Assembly (NCBI GenBank): GCA_951406725.2
Contig: OX597833.1
Coordinates: forward strand, 60,636,001-60,700,000
Direction: 5' to 3'
From: Octopus vulgaris
Lineage: Eukaryota
Length of the DNA: 64,000 nucleotides
Shown: positions 37,604-51,571 of the stretch, piece after piece
Numbering within the stretch: position 1 is the first letter of the stretch
Layout of the letters: each line of letters starts with the position of its first letter
Translations under genes and position numbers: made by a program
The notes under the pieces: generated by a model
What the model saw: the letters and a program-made list of their open reading frames with translations, nothing else
What the model was told of the DNA's origin: nothing
The model's database searches: none

Positions 37604-39901
37604 CTGTAATAATAGAGAAATTGTAGAATGTAGAAAAGCCACGTTTAACCCTTTAGTGTTCAGATTATTCTATCAAACATAATGCCTATTGATTTCCATT
37701 GATTTGAATTAATCGTGCATTATCTCATATCTTCAAGATCTTTATTGTGTAATTACTTAATGTAGAATAACATTGTAGGGTAGGTGTGAGAGCCTGGATC
37801 TGGTCAGTTTGAAAATAAAACAGATTAAATATTTTGGCCGGATATGGCTGGTTTAAATACTAAAGGGTTAAAATAACCACAAGTGTAAAGAATATTATCT
37901 TTTACCGGCTACAACCAGGCAGTGACCATACTGGAGCACTGCCTACAAGAATTTTTAGACGAAGGAACTGCTCCCAGTACTTATTTTGGGTTTTTTTTTT
38001 TCTAAGCATGGCACTCGTTCTATTGGTCTCCTTTGCTGAACCACTCAGTTACAGGGAGGTAAACACACCAATACTGGTTGTGAAGCTGTGGTGGTGGACA
38101 AACACAGACACAAAGATACACACACACACATATATATATATATATACAAATATATACACAAGCTTCTTTCAGTTTCCATATACTAAATCCACTCACAAGG
38201 CTTTGGTTGGCCCAAGGCCGTAGCAGAAGATACTTGCCCAAGGTATAAGGCGACGAGCTGGCAGAAACGTTAGCACGCCGGGCAAAATGCTTAATGGTAT
38301 TTCGTCTGCCGTTACGTTCTGAGTTCAAATTCCGCTGAGATCGACTTTGCCTTTCATCCTTTCGGGGTCGATAAATTAAGTACCAGTTACGCACTGGGGT
38401 CGATGTAATCGACTTAACCCCTTGGTCTGTCCTTGTTTGTCTCTTCTGTGTTTAGCCCCTTGTGAGCAATAAAGAAATAAGAAGATACTTGCCCAAGGTG
38501 CCATGCAGTGGGACTGAACCCAGACCCATGTGGTTGGGAAGCAAGCTTCTTACCACTCAGCCACGCCTCCACCTGTATTATGAGGCTTTTTTTGGGAAGG
38601 GAGAGAGAAAGAACGGAGGGAGGAAGGAGGACTCAAACTGAGGTCCTGGTTTAGATGCTTGCGATAGGGTACCGTCCACTAAAGGTACCCCAGGACCGGA
38701 TGTTGATGTTAAACTGAGTGACATATTAAGTCTACCTTACAAGAGAGTCATGGCGGGATTTAAACTCCAAATACCACAAGGTATCTTTTACACCCTGCTG
38801 CTTTTGCCAATTCTCCACTCTAAGTTGGTGCTTTTTAGACATTGGAAGGCAAAGTTGACCTCAGCAGGATTTGAACTCAAGATGAAATAAAAATGTACTA
38901 ATTATAATTAGTACCCTTTAATTATTACAATAATTCTTAGCAATTACAAATAATTTCCAGTTGACACAATGAAAGCAACAGCCCAGCTGAAGCATCACCT
39001 TCAAAGATTTTTAGTTGTTTCATCTACACCCCCGGGAATTTGGTATTCATATAACCAATCTTCATTTATTGAATGGCTAAGTCCACCTAAGAACGTAACT
39101 TGGCATTGCCTATAAATATACAGACTGAAACATGTGATCTTCACTTAACCCCTTGTCACCAAACTGAGTGGGATCAGCTCTGGGTTTAGGATACAACCAT
39201 CTCCCTTGTTTAAAAATGCCCGTATTTAAATTAATAACCTTCAACCATAATTTTATGTAAAAATATTTTAAGTTTTGTTCCAAACACCATATTAATTAAT
39301 TAATGACAAAGTTAATTATTTTTTCTAAATCTCTCAAAATTAATTGAAACATAACAAGTAGGCATAGGAGTGGCTGTGTGGTAAGTAGCTTGCTTACAAA
39401 CCACATGGTTCCGGGTTCAGTCCCACTGCATGGCACCTTGGGCAAGTGTCTTCTACTATAGCCTCGGGCCGACCAAAGCCTTGTGAGTGGATTTAGTAGA
39501 CGGAAACTGAAAGAAGCCCATTGTATATATGTATATATATGTGTGTGTGTCTGTATTTGTCCCCCCAACATCACTTGGTAACCAATGCTGGTATGTTTAC
39601 GTCGTCGTAACTTAGCGGTTTGGCAAAAGAGACCGATAGAATAAGTACTAGGCTTACAAAGAATAAGTCCTGGGGTCGATTTGCTTGACTAAAGGCGTTG
39701 CTCCAGCATGGCCACAGTGAAATGACCGAAACAAGTAAAAGAGTAAAAGAGAGTGTAGTTCACTAGGAATATAATTGCAGAAAAATCCCCTTCGAGATTT
39801 AATTAAATTTTAAATCAAAATGTTTTTTTTCCCTTGTCTTTTAACTCTTTCGTTACTGTATTTATTTTGAGATGCTCTGTGTTCCTTTCAATTATTTTAA
39901 A

Positions 39902-40416
39902 CTAGCAGTATCGCCCGGCGTTGCTCGGGTTTGTAAGGGAAATAACTATATAAGCATTTTTAGAGAGTTACTTCCTTTATAGATGCCAATTCGGGCTTTC
40001 TTAGCCATTTCTGTTTTGGTGTCTTCAAGCCATGAAGTCGTTGTTCTAAAAGAACGCTGGTCTCCTTGACAACGCATTACGACGTTGATTTCCTTAAACT
40101 CCCTTCCCCACAGCTTCACGAGGGAGGGAAGAAGGGGGAGAAGCAAACACAGGTGCAGGTGTAACTATGGATGCCAACTCCGCCGCCATCGACACACGAA
40201 AAATTATGCATTAAAATGGAATAAAAAATGATGTTAAATTATTTTTAAAATCGTAGACTCATCGTTGACGCGCGCTAATAGTCAGACGGGCTCGATATGA
40301 ATCACGACTATAAGATACCCGAATTTGGTTAAACTGCACCGCAAAATGTGGGAGGAGTTAGGAATCTAAATCGTAGGAGACAGACACTCACACAACTACA
40401 GTTTTATATATATAGA
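39902..40416 (-). mobile_element. Non-autonomous Helitron inside a piggyBac-like MITE
   Basis: A|TCtatatatata 5' end; hairpin plus CTAG|T 3' end; removing it restores tttaaa-tataacaaagaa of the host MITE with no TSD. Confidence 0.88.
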
Positions 40417-40642
40417 TATAACAAAGAATTCAGTAAAATAACTTGGTTATCATTAAGCTAGTGCTGGGAACATAAATTGTGACTAAGGTTTGGTGGAAGA
40501 TTTTAATTCAAAACTCATGAAAACAAGACATTTGTACTACAGAGCCAGAAGTGGTTTCAGCTAGGTTGGCAACGAAAGGGTTAATTCAAATCAGAAAAAA
40601 ATAAATAAAGAAAGAAGAATTAAAATCCAACAACCAACTGAC

Positions 40643-40732
40643 CGCATGTTTTTGTTTGATGTTAAATGGTGAAGCACTTCCAGCGGACATGGCAGCCATA
40701 AAGGAACAATGCATGAAGTTGGCAGCACGAAT
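40643..40732 (-). CDS. ATP23: ATP23 coding exon 5 (IRAANFMHCSFMAAMSAGSASPFNIKQKHA)
   Basis: Acceptor tttttccttag at 40733, donor gtcagt at 40642; 90 nt, phase 0-0; continues the LACTE-IRAAN motif. Confidence 0.9.
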
Positions 40733-40954
40733 CTAAGGAAAAAGGGGGGGAAAAAGAAAAACATTAAAGAGATCGGATTAATAGAAGACACAAAGGAAAT
40801 AGAGAAAGAAGTTGCTTTTACGTTTCTGTGTAACAGTCGTTGTGAATGGAATTGTAATGGAAGACGGAAACTAAGCGAAGGGACAAAAATAGAATCGTCT
40901 CCTCCTCGGTTCTTTGTTGAACATCGTATGTCTTTATCTTCAACGATGTTGTCA

Positions 40955-41545
40955 TTGTCATCATCATCATCATCTCTCCACCATCACTGTCATCATCAGC
41001 ATCACCTCTCCATCACAATCGTCATTAGTGTCGTTGCCACCACAACTGGCATCAATACTATTTGCACCACCACCACCGTCGTCATCATCCCCATCATCGT
41101 CATCACCACCACCACTGTCATCATCACCACTACCACATCACCATCATCATCACCACCACCACCGTCATCACCACCATCATCGTCATCACCACCACCACCG
41201 TCATCACCACCACCACCGTCATCATCACCATCGTCGTTATCACCACCACCACCACTGTCATCATCACCATCGTCGTCATCACCACCACCACCGTTGTCAT
41301 CACCACCACAACCGTCATCATCACCATCATCATCATCACCACCACCACCGTCATCATCACCACCGTCGTCATCATCACCGTCGTCATCACCACCACAACC
41401 GTCATCATCACCATCATCGTCATCATCACCACCACCGTCATCATCACCATCATCGTCATCACCACCACCACCGTCATCATCACCATCGTCGTCATCATCA
41501 CCACCACCGTCAACATCACCACCACCACTACCATCACCATCGTGA
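40955..41545. repeat. Long compound (CAC/CAT/CGT)n trinucleotide array in ATP23 intron 4
   Basis: Directly visible; gives spurious poly-His, Pro/Ser and Thr/Ile ORFs. Confidence 0.9.
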
Positions 41546-42459
41546 TCTCCACAAACTGCGCTGCTCCTTAAACTTCTAACACCACTGTCATTACTATTGC
41601 CACTGCCGTCACTGCCACCACTACCGCCATGTTAATTGTTTATCCAAGCTGTTTCGGGCTGCACCAAGAAGAATGCTACGTTGTCTCAATGTTTCTCTTT
41701 TGTCTATCTTTTCCTTGGTTACCGTTGTCAAATCACAGAGAGAGAGCAACAGGAAAAAGGCAGAACAGTAGAAGATAACAACATGAAGACGACAGGAGAT
41801 AGAAGAAACAGTAAGACAACAACAGCCACAACCTAGTTCATGCTGGCATCAGTCGCTTCAGAAGTCTCTTATTGCCTATCAATCATTCATCAAGAATTCC
41901 TGTGACAGTTTCCTCAACTCATTGAGATTCATTTTATCATGTAGTACTCCCTAAAACTCACTCACTATACCCTCGTGATTTCATTTTGTCATTCACTAGT
42001 CCGCAATACTCATTCATTACTTCATAATGCATCTGTGGTCACGAGCCTATATTAGAAAATATATTTCGGTTTATACATTAAATAATACGAAGAAATAGTC
42101 TTCCTTCCCCCAGCCTTATAGAATGTGGGGTGGCCCTGTATATCCTCTACAGCAAAACACCCATTCCTTCTCTCTGAAAGATTTTAGCTTCCCAGTATCT
42201 GGTATAAAGCCACCTCATTCTCTACTGTAACCACACTTAGTCAAAGAGGCTTTCTGTTTAGCAAGTTAGTCGGTAACCTCACTAGTGCTGGTGCCACGAA
42301 AAAGCACCCAGTACACTCTGTAAAGGGGTTGGCATTAGGAAGGGCATCCTGTTGCAGAAATGATGCTGGAATTGACACTGGAGCCCAATGCAGACCTCTG
42401 ACTTGTCAGGTCCTGTCAAACCATCCAATACATGCGAGCATGGAAGATAGACATTAAAG

Positions 42460-42859
42460 CAGTGTTTCACAACCCTTGTGTAACCCTTAAGATAAATTAC
42501 ATGTCTCAAGGAACCCCTGCACAAAAAAAAAATTATATACCATATCATCCTCATATATTTTCATCGTAGTTCACATGGAAAATATCAAATATTTATATAT
42601 ATAAATATATATCGACACAGGGGCCGCCAGTGGAGGTGGCGATCGTGGATGATTTCCAGGCTCCTCTGGCCCATGCCGGTGGCACGCAAAAAGCACCCAC
42701 GAGACTCACGGAGTTGTTGGCATTAGGAAGAGCATCCAGCTGTAGAAACTCAGCCAGATCAGACTGGAGCCTGTCGCAGCCTTCTGGCTTCCCAGACCCC
42801 GGTCGAACCATCCAACCAATGCTAGCATGGAAAACGGACATTAAACAATGATGATGATG

Positions 42860-42895
<36 letters not shown>

Positions 42896-43972
42896 TAGCA
42901 GTATCGCCCGGCGTTGCTCGGGTTTGTAAGGGAAATAACTATATAAGCATTTTTAGAGAGTTATAGCCAAAAAATAGCAAAAAATGCATTAAAAATGGAA
43001 AAAATATGATGGTAAATTTTTTTTTAAATCGTTGACTCATCGTAGACATTTTTAGAGAGTTACTTCCCTTATATAATAGCGAAAAAATGCATTAAAATGG
43101 GAAAAAAACGATGGTAAATTTTTTTTTAAATCGTAGACTCATGTAGACGCTTTCTTAGCCATTTCTGTTTTGGTGTCTTCAAGCCATGAAGTTGTTGTTC
43201 TAAAAGAACGCTGGTCTCCTTGACAACGCATTACGACGTTGATTTCCTTACACTCCCTTCCCCACAGGTGCAGGTGTGAGCGTGGACGCCAACTCCGCCG
43301 CCATCGACACACGAAAAATTATGCATTAAAATGGAATAAAAAATGTTAAATTATTTTTAAAATCGTAGACTCATCGTAGACGCGCGCTAATACTCAGACG
43401 GGCTCGATATGAATCACGACTATAAGCTACCCGAATTTGGTTAAACTGTACCGCAAAATGTGGGAGTAGTTAGGAATCTAAATCGAAGGGGACAGACACT
43501 CACACAACTACAGTTTTATATATATAGATATACATAGTGCAGTAGTGGTGAGATATGACAGCAAACGCACACACACAGTGCAAAATTTACAGAAAACTCA
43601 CATTCTGGTGTGTGTGTCAAATGCTTTTCTTAGTCTGGAGTTTAAATTTTAAAAACTGGACCTGGCATGACGCGATGCATTGTACTCTCAAAAATGCTAG
43701 GTAAATTGTAATTGAAGAAATCCTATATTGTAGATTTCTATAACTCCCAAAGGGAGGCAGATAAAATCTGCCTTTTATAATAAGAGATATATACATATAT
43801 GTCGTTATTGTATTTTTTTGAAAACATGATAGGTTAGATAGGATTATGTCTATATTACAATATTACAATATCCAATAATATGTTGTGCATGTCTTTCTCT
43901 CTTTCTTGCAGAACCCCTAGGAACCTTTTGCAGAGCCATAGAGTTCTGGGGAACCCCATTTGAGAAATGCTG
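42460..43972. mobile_element. hAT (Charlie-like) non-autonomous element with nested insertions
   Basis: TIR cagtgtttcacaa / ttgagaaatgctg; TSD cattaaag (42452-42459) / cattgaag (43973-43980). Confidence 0.75.
42895..43528 (-). mobile_element. Non-autonomous Helitron (same family as 39902-40416)
   Basis: Same TC and hairpin-CTAG termini; internal duplication at 42945-43150. Confidence 0.85.
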
Positions 43973-45144
43973 CATTGAAGGACGATGATGATGATGATGA
44001 TGATATATAAATCTATTTGTTCCCTATTAATCAGACATGAAAATAACATGATGGCAGCAGATACTAAATATTTCTGAAGTGAGTTATTATAAGCAACAGC
44101 TGTTAGGATATGGTGACCTTACAATATATAGGTGAGTGGGGAGAGATCAGGGTGTAAGAATGTAACTTTAGATGAAACAACAGTCAAATATTTAATCAGT
44201 CATTATGTAGTTTCATTATTTCAAAGCTGCAAAAGGTTGCTTTAGTTAACAACTTAGAGAGAATAACATTTTAAATATTTTGTTTCAGTCACACTGTCTA
44301 ATTTAGCAATACAGAGCAAGCATCTGGTTAGTGTAATATCATTATTATTATTATAACTATTAAGGCAGCAAACTGGCTGAAATTTTTTGCATGTTACTCT
44401 TTTTACTCTTTTACTCTTTTACTTGCTTCAGTCATTTTGACTGCGGCCATGCTGGAGCACTGCCTTTAGTCGAGCAAATCGACCCCGGGACTTATTCTTT
44501 GTAAGCCCAGTACTTATTCTATCGGTCTCTTTGCCGAACCGCTAAGTGACGGGGACGTATACACACCAGCATCGGTTGTCAAGCAATGCTAGGGGGACAA
44601 ACACAGACACACAAACATACATATATATATATACATATATACGACAGGCTTCTTTCAGTTTCCGTCTACCAAATCCACTCACAAGGCATTGGTCAGCCCG
44701 GGGCTATAGCAGAAGACACTTGTCCAAGATGCCACGCAGTGGGACTGAACCCGGAACCATGTGGTTGGTTAGCAAGCTACTTACCACACAGCCACTCCTG
44801 CGCCTATGTTGGGCGAAATGCTTAGCAGTATTTCACCCATCGCTACGTTTTGAGTTCAAATTCTGCCGAGGTTGACTTTGCCTTTCATCCTTTCGGAGTC
44901 AATTAAGTAAGTACCAGTTATGTACTGGGGTCAATATAATCGACTAGCCCCTCCCCCAAAATTTCATAGAAAGGATTATTATTATTAGTAGTAGTAATAG
45001 TAGTATTAAGGTGACAAGCTAGTAGAATTGTTAGCACACCAGACAAAATGCTTAGCAGCATTCCATCCATCTTTATATTCTGAGTTCAAATTCCACAAAG
45101 GTCAACTTTTGTCTTTCATCCTTTCAGGGTCGATAAATTAAGTA

Positions 45145-45688
45145 CTGGATATTGTTGTAAAAGACCAGATTAACAAAGTCTCTTTATTGATTGACTTGAA
45201 TATCCCTTGTGAAAATAATATTGCAGTAAAAGAATTTGACAAGTTCAGAAAATATAAAGATTTGCTCATTGTAATTGAAGAAATGTAACATGTGAAGGCA
45301 GTTACAATACCTATTTCTTTATTACCCACAAGGGGCTAAACACAGAAGGAACAAACAAGGACAGACATAGGTATTAAGTCGATTACATCGACCCCAGTGC
45401 ATAACTGGTACTTAATTTATCGACCCCGAAAGGATGAAAGGCAAAGTCGACCTCGGCGGAATTTGAACTCACAACGTAACGCAGACGAAATACCGCTAAG
45501 CATTTCGCCCGGAGCGCTAACGTTTCTGCCTGTTCGCCGCAGTTACAATACCAGTGATTGCAGGAGCATTAGGAATGATCAAGAAAGGAACTGAAAATTA
45601 TTTGAGAAATATCCCTGGCTTACCATCCCTGCAAGAAGTGCAAAACATTGTTTTAACTGGTATGTCATACATATTGAGAAGAGTATAA
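45145..45688 (+). mobile_element. C-terminal restriction-like endonuclease remnant of an R4/Dong-like non-LTR retrotransposon, split by a SINE A
   Basis: DIVVKDQINKVSLLIDLNIPCENNIAVKEFDKFRKYKDLLIVIEEM*HVKAVTIP[SINE]VIAGALGMIKKG...LQEVQNIVLTG...ILRRV*. Confidence 0.8.
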
Positions 45689-45886
45689 CATTCTACGTAA
45701 ATATTTTTTTATATATAACTTTATATAATTTTGTAAATGAACAATCTGGTGTATTTATTTTCATGGCCTATCAAGGTATACAATGAGTTTCTCTGTCCTA
45801 AGTGTCAAGAAGATGCTTGGCAAGAAATGGAAACAAAATTGAAGGAAGGAAGAAAGAAGAAGAAAAAGCCACCGCTTTGTCCTTAC

Positions 45887-46021
45887 CTCAGTACATGCTA
45901 AATGATGGATGTTCATGAAGTCTACTTTAGCTCGGCAATAATCAAAAGCATGAATAAACTCATGTGCAAGCACATTGCAACACAACCACCGTTTCTTGGC
46001 TGTATTTTGACATACCACCAC
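45887..46021 (-). CDS. ATP23: ATP23 coding exon 4 with the HExxH metalloprotease motif (HEFIHAFDYCR)
   Basis: Acceptor tttcttttcag at 46022, donor gtaagg at 45886; 135 nt; VVVCQN...HEFIHAFDYCRAKVDF...HLACTE (peptidase M76). Confidence 0.95.
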
Positions 46022-48009
46022 CTGAAAAGAAATATCGTTTTTATTTGATTAGATTCATCTAGTTGTGTTGGTTGATTAACCCTTTTGTTACCAACCCAGC
46101 TGAAACTGGCTCTGTAGGACAAATGTCTTGTTTCCATAAGTGCTGAATTAAAATCTTCCACCAAACCTTAGTCACAAATATATGTTCCTAACGCTAGCTT
46201 AATGATAACGAGGTTATTTTACTAAATTCTTTGTTATATTTAAAGTAATTGAAAGAAACACAGAGCATCTCAAAATAAATACAGTAACAAAAGGGTTAAA
46301 ATATATAATAGAGAAACAGTTCTTAACCCTTTCGATACCAACCCGGCTGAAACTGGCTCTGTATTACAAATGTCTTGTTTTCATAAGTTTTGAATTAAAA
46401 TCTTCCACCAAACCTTAATCACAATTTATGTTCCTATCATTAGCTTAATGATAACTGAGTTATTTTACAATATTCTTAATCATATTTAAAGTAATTGAAA
46501 GAAACACAGAGCATCTCAAAATAAATACAGTAACAAAAGGATTAAGGTGGCGAGCTGGCAGAACTGTTAGCATGCCGGGCGAAATGCATAGCCATATTTC
46601 ATCTGCCGCAACATTCTGAGTTCAAATTCTGCCAAGGTTGACTTTGCCTTTCATACTTCCAGGGTTGATAAATTAAGTACCAGTTATGCACCGGGGTTGA
46701 TGTAATCGACTTAATCCGTTTGTCCCCTCTATGTTTAGCTCCTTGTGGGTAATAAAGAAACAGATTGGGATCAGGTTACTACAATAAACTACCTCTTATC
46801 AGATACTCCGTAGGAACTCTCAAGCATCTGGTACCCACCAAACTTTTTTCAAATAAATAAAAACAATACTTCCCATGCAAGTACTGGTTCACTGGCTCTG
46901 AATGGTGGTTTTACCAACAGCTGCCAGGTACCAGCAGGGACCAGTTACTTATGTGTTGCATTCATACAAGTACAAAATAGAATTTCTGGAATTGTTGGTT
47001 CCAAAACATCATCATCATCATCGTTTAACATCCGCTTTCTATGCTAGCATGGGTTGGACGATTTTGACTGAGGACTGGCGAACCAGATGGCTGCACCAGG
47101 CTCCAATTTTGATCTGGCAGAGTTTCTACAGCTGGATGCCCTTTCTAACGCCAACCACTCCAAGAGTGCAGTGGCTGCTTTCCACAACACATCTCATATT
47201 TTGTCTTTTTACTTGTTTCCGTTATTAGACTGGGGCCCTACTGGGGCACTGCTTTAAAGAATTTTTAGTCAAATGAATTGACTGCAGTACTTATTTTTTT
47301 AAAGCCTACCACTTATTCCATCATTCTCTTTTGCTGAACCGCGAAGTTTTAGGGGGCATAAACACAAACACAAACACATATAAATTTATATATTTGACAG
47401 GCTTCCTTCAGTTTCCATCTACCAGATCCGCTCACAAGGCTTTGGTCAGCCTGAGGATATAGTAGAAGATACTTACCTAAGGTGACACTCATTGGGACTG
47501 AACCCGAGAACCATGTGGTTGGGAAGTAAGCTTCTTACCACACAGCCACGCCGACGCCTATAAGTCCATAGTTTGAGCTGGGTACACTGTATAGATTTCC
47601 TACCTACTTGTTTTTCTACATATCAAGCATAGACATTTCCTTGGTGTAGGAGGATCTTGCATTTGTTCAACTGATTCATATTTTAAATGTAGTAAAAATT
47701 TGTTTTGAGTCTTCTAATTCCAGATTTTGGTTCTATATTTGGAATTTCATCTTTAAACCTACTGACTCTGAAGCTATAAGAACTCGGTCATCAAAAGAGG
47801 AGTTCCTATGAACAACCGGTCTTCATCTTCTTGGTTTAAGATTGATTATAAATATATATGTGAAAGTGTGTGTGTGTGTGTGTGGTGTGTGGGAGTGTAT
47901 GTATGTATGTATGTAAGTATGTGTGTGTATGTATGTATATGTATATATACTATATTTGTTCCATGTCCTCGCGTCGTGTTTTTTTGTGCTTTCATGTTTG
48001 GATTAACTT

Positions 48010-48062
<53 letters not shown>

Positions 48063-48109
48063 TATATACATATATATATATATGTATATATATATATGTA
48101 TATATATAC

Positions 48110-48202
<93 letters not shown>

Positions 48203-51200
48203 TCTGACTGGCCTGGTGCAGCCTTCGGGCTCCCAGACCCCATGTTGAACCGTCCAACCCATGCTAGCATGGAAAACGGACGCTAAATGATGATGATGAT
48301 GATGATATATATATATATATTATATTAAATTAGAGACAAAACCACTATTAGGCAAATCAAACAATGAAAGACTTAAGCCAATACATATGATTAATTTATA
48401 TATATATGGTTTCACAGTAGTGTGGATTGCAATCAAACACAAATATATAAAACTACTAAATAAACTAGAACAACATTGATTGAAAGCCTGCTTCTGTGTG
48501 AATGACAAGTCACACAGAAGCAGCTGTGAACACAGGACATTGTAAGTTTGTGTGTATATGTGAATTAGTGTCAGTGGCACAAAAAAAAGCACCCAGTACT
48601 CACTGTGAAGAGCATCCAGCTGTAAAAACCATTGCCAAAGCTGATGTGGAGCATGAAGCAGCCCCGTGGCTCATGTCAAACTATCCAACCTACGGCAGTA
48701 TGGAAAATAAACACTAAATGATGATGATGATAATAAAAATGATCTGTGCGGGTGGCACGTAAAAAGCACCCACTGCACTCGCGGAGTGGTTGGCGTTAGG
48801 AAGGGCATCCAGCCGTAGAAACACTGCCAGATTTGACTGGGCCTGATGCAGCCTTCTGGCTTCACAGACCCCAGTTGAACCATCCAACCCATGCTAGCAT
48901 GGAGAACGGACGTTAAATGATGATGATGATGATGTGTCTCCTTATCTTGACAATTATAAAGAAGCTACTTGTGGCTGTTGGCAGTGCCATGTAAATGGCA
49001 CCATGAGTCATGGTTGTTGCCAGTGCCACTCAAATGGCACTCATGAATCGTAGTGGTGGTCATAAATGGCACCCACCTGTGAATTGTAGTCATGGTTGTT
49101 ACCAGTGCTATGTAAACGACCCCCCGTGTTGGTGGGACGCAAAAGCACCCATTACACTCCTGGAGTGGTTGGCATTAGGAAGGGCATCCAGCTGTAGAAA
49201 CCATGCCAAATCAGACAGGAACCTGATGCAGCCCTATGGTTCATCAGCTCCAGTCAAACCATCTAACCTATGCCATCATGGAGAGCAGATGCTAAATGAT
49301 GATGATGAAGCTACACTGTCATACAAACAGTGTCATCTATTTCCAATCTTCCGCGAAAACATGTCAGGTCATGTGGAAATATTACTTTGCTTGGAAACAG
49401 GTGAGGGCTGGCAACCAGAAGAGCATCCGGCTGTAGAAAATCTACCTTAATAATATATATACACACGCACACAGATAACTCCTTTGAGCTTCTGCCTACC
49501 AAATCCACACACAAGGCTTTTGTTAATCAGGAGCTATAACACAAAATAGTGTCCCAAGGTACCACAATGGGACTGATCCTGGAACCATGTGGTTGGGAAG
49601 CAAACTTCCTATCTACAGAAAAATGACTGCAACTATGAACTTATGTATTTATAAATCATCATCATCATCATCCTCATCGTTTAACGTCCGCTTTCCATGC
49701 TAGCATGGGTTGGACAATTTGACTGAGGGCTGGCGAACCAGATGGCTGCACCAGGCTCCAATCTGATCTGGCAGAGTTTCTACAGCTGGATGCCCTTCCT
49801 AACGCCAACCACGCTGAGAGTGTAGTGGGTGCTTTTTACGTGCCACCGGCACGAAGGCCGGTCTGGCAGTACTGGCAACGGCCACACTCGAAAATGGTGT
49901 TTTTTACGTGCCACCTGCACAGGAGTCAGTCGTGATGTGAAATGATGTTTCAGACGTCAGTATTGTAGTACAAAAACAAAGTGATTATTGTACTCTGTTT
50001 CAATATGACATCATTCTCCAACCAGCTTTAACTTTAAACTGTGATTAATATGCATCTGTTTAAAGGTCGATTTCTGGAGAAGAGGCTTGGTATTTCAACA
50101 TTGTGTTTGTGTATTTATGTTGATATGGACAGAAATGTTGAGGGCAAATCTAACTGGGTTAACTATGTACTATTGACTGATGGTAGATAGGTTGGTTGAT
50201 CAGGGGGTAGGTTTGGGAGAAAGTAGGGAGGAGTGTGTGGACAGGTAAGATAGAGAGCTGGACAGGTAACTAGATAGGTATGGTAGATAGTAAGGTATGA
50301 TAAGTCAACAGGTGGCAAGCTGGCAGAATCGTTAGCATGCTGGACGAAATGCTTAGCTGTATATCGTCTGCTGTTACGTTCTGAGTTCAAAATCCACCAA
50401 GGTCGACTTTGCCTTTCATTCTTTCGGGGTTGATAAATTAAATACCAGTTACGCACTGGGGTCGATCTAATCGACTTAATCTGTTTGTCTGTCCTCTCTG
50501 TGCTTAGCCCCTTGTGGGTAGTAAAGAAATAGGTAAGATAGAGAAGTGGGCAGGTAACTAGATAGGTATGGTAGATAGTAAGGTATGACAAGTTGACAGA
50601 CAGGTAATTCAGTAGGTAAGTATGTAGTGTGTTTATAAGTTAGCAGTTATCGCAGGGTCAAGCCAAAGCTGTGGTGAACCCCAAGAGTCATTGCAGTGGA
50701 ATTGAACCTATGACTCAGTAATTGAGAAACGAACCTTCTTACAATTCAGCTCTGTTGTTCACTTACTTATATATAGACACACAAACATAAACAACAAAGC
50801 CTTGTGAGTGTATTTGGTAGACGGAAATTGAAAGAAGTCCGTTGTATATATGTATATATATGTATGTGTGTGTGTTTGTGTGTCTGTGTTTGTCCCCCTA
50901 GCATTACTTGACAACCGATGCTGGTGTGTTTATGTCCCCGTTACTTAGCGGTTCGGCAAAAGAGACCGATAGAATAAGTACTGGGCTTACAAAAGAATAA
51001 GTCCCGGGGTCGAGTTGCTCGATTAAAGGTGGTGCTCCAGCATGGCCGCAGTCAGATGACTGAAACAAGTAAAAGAGTAAAGAGAGTATATACATACAGA
51101 GGCATATGCATGTAGACATAGATACATCCACACACATATATATATGCATACACAAAGAAACTGAAAGTAACCTGTCATATATGATATATCTATATGTAGG

Positions 51201-51571
51201 TGTGTATGTGTAGGTTTGTTTACTTTTGTAGTTCTATGAAAGCCACAAGCTATGATCAATGTTGTCACTTCTGTCAACAAACCATCCATTCATTTTAAAG
51301 CTGTCAAAAACATGTGAAATAAGAGATCCAAGAAACAACAGGAATGGCAACTGGTAGGTTTCGGAGAAAGTAGGGAGGAGTGTGTGGACAGGTAAGATAA
51401 AGAAGTGGACAGGTAACTAGATAGGTATGGTAGATAGTAAGGTATGACAAGTCCATAGGTGGCGAGTTGGCAGAAAAGTTAGCATGCTGGGCGAAATGCT
51501 TAAATGACATGTCTGTCTAACTGATGATAGCATGGAAAAACAGACAAAAAAAACCACCCCAACCAAAAGAA

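Noticed and set aside
40709-41579. Long Pro/Ser-, His- and Thr-rich ORFs as extensin- or mucin-like genes
   Set aside because: All frames are open only because the trinucleotide repeat lacks stops; the tract lies in an ATP23 intron.
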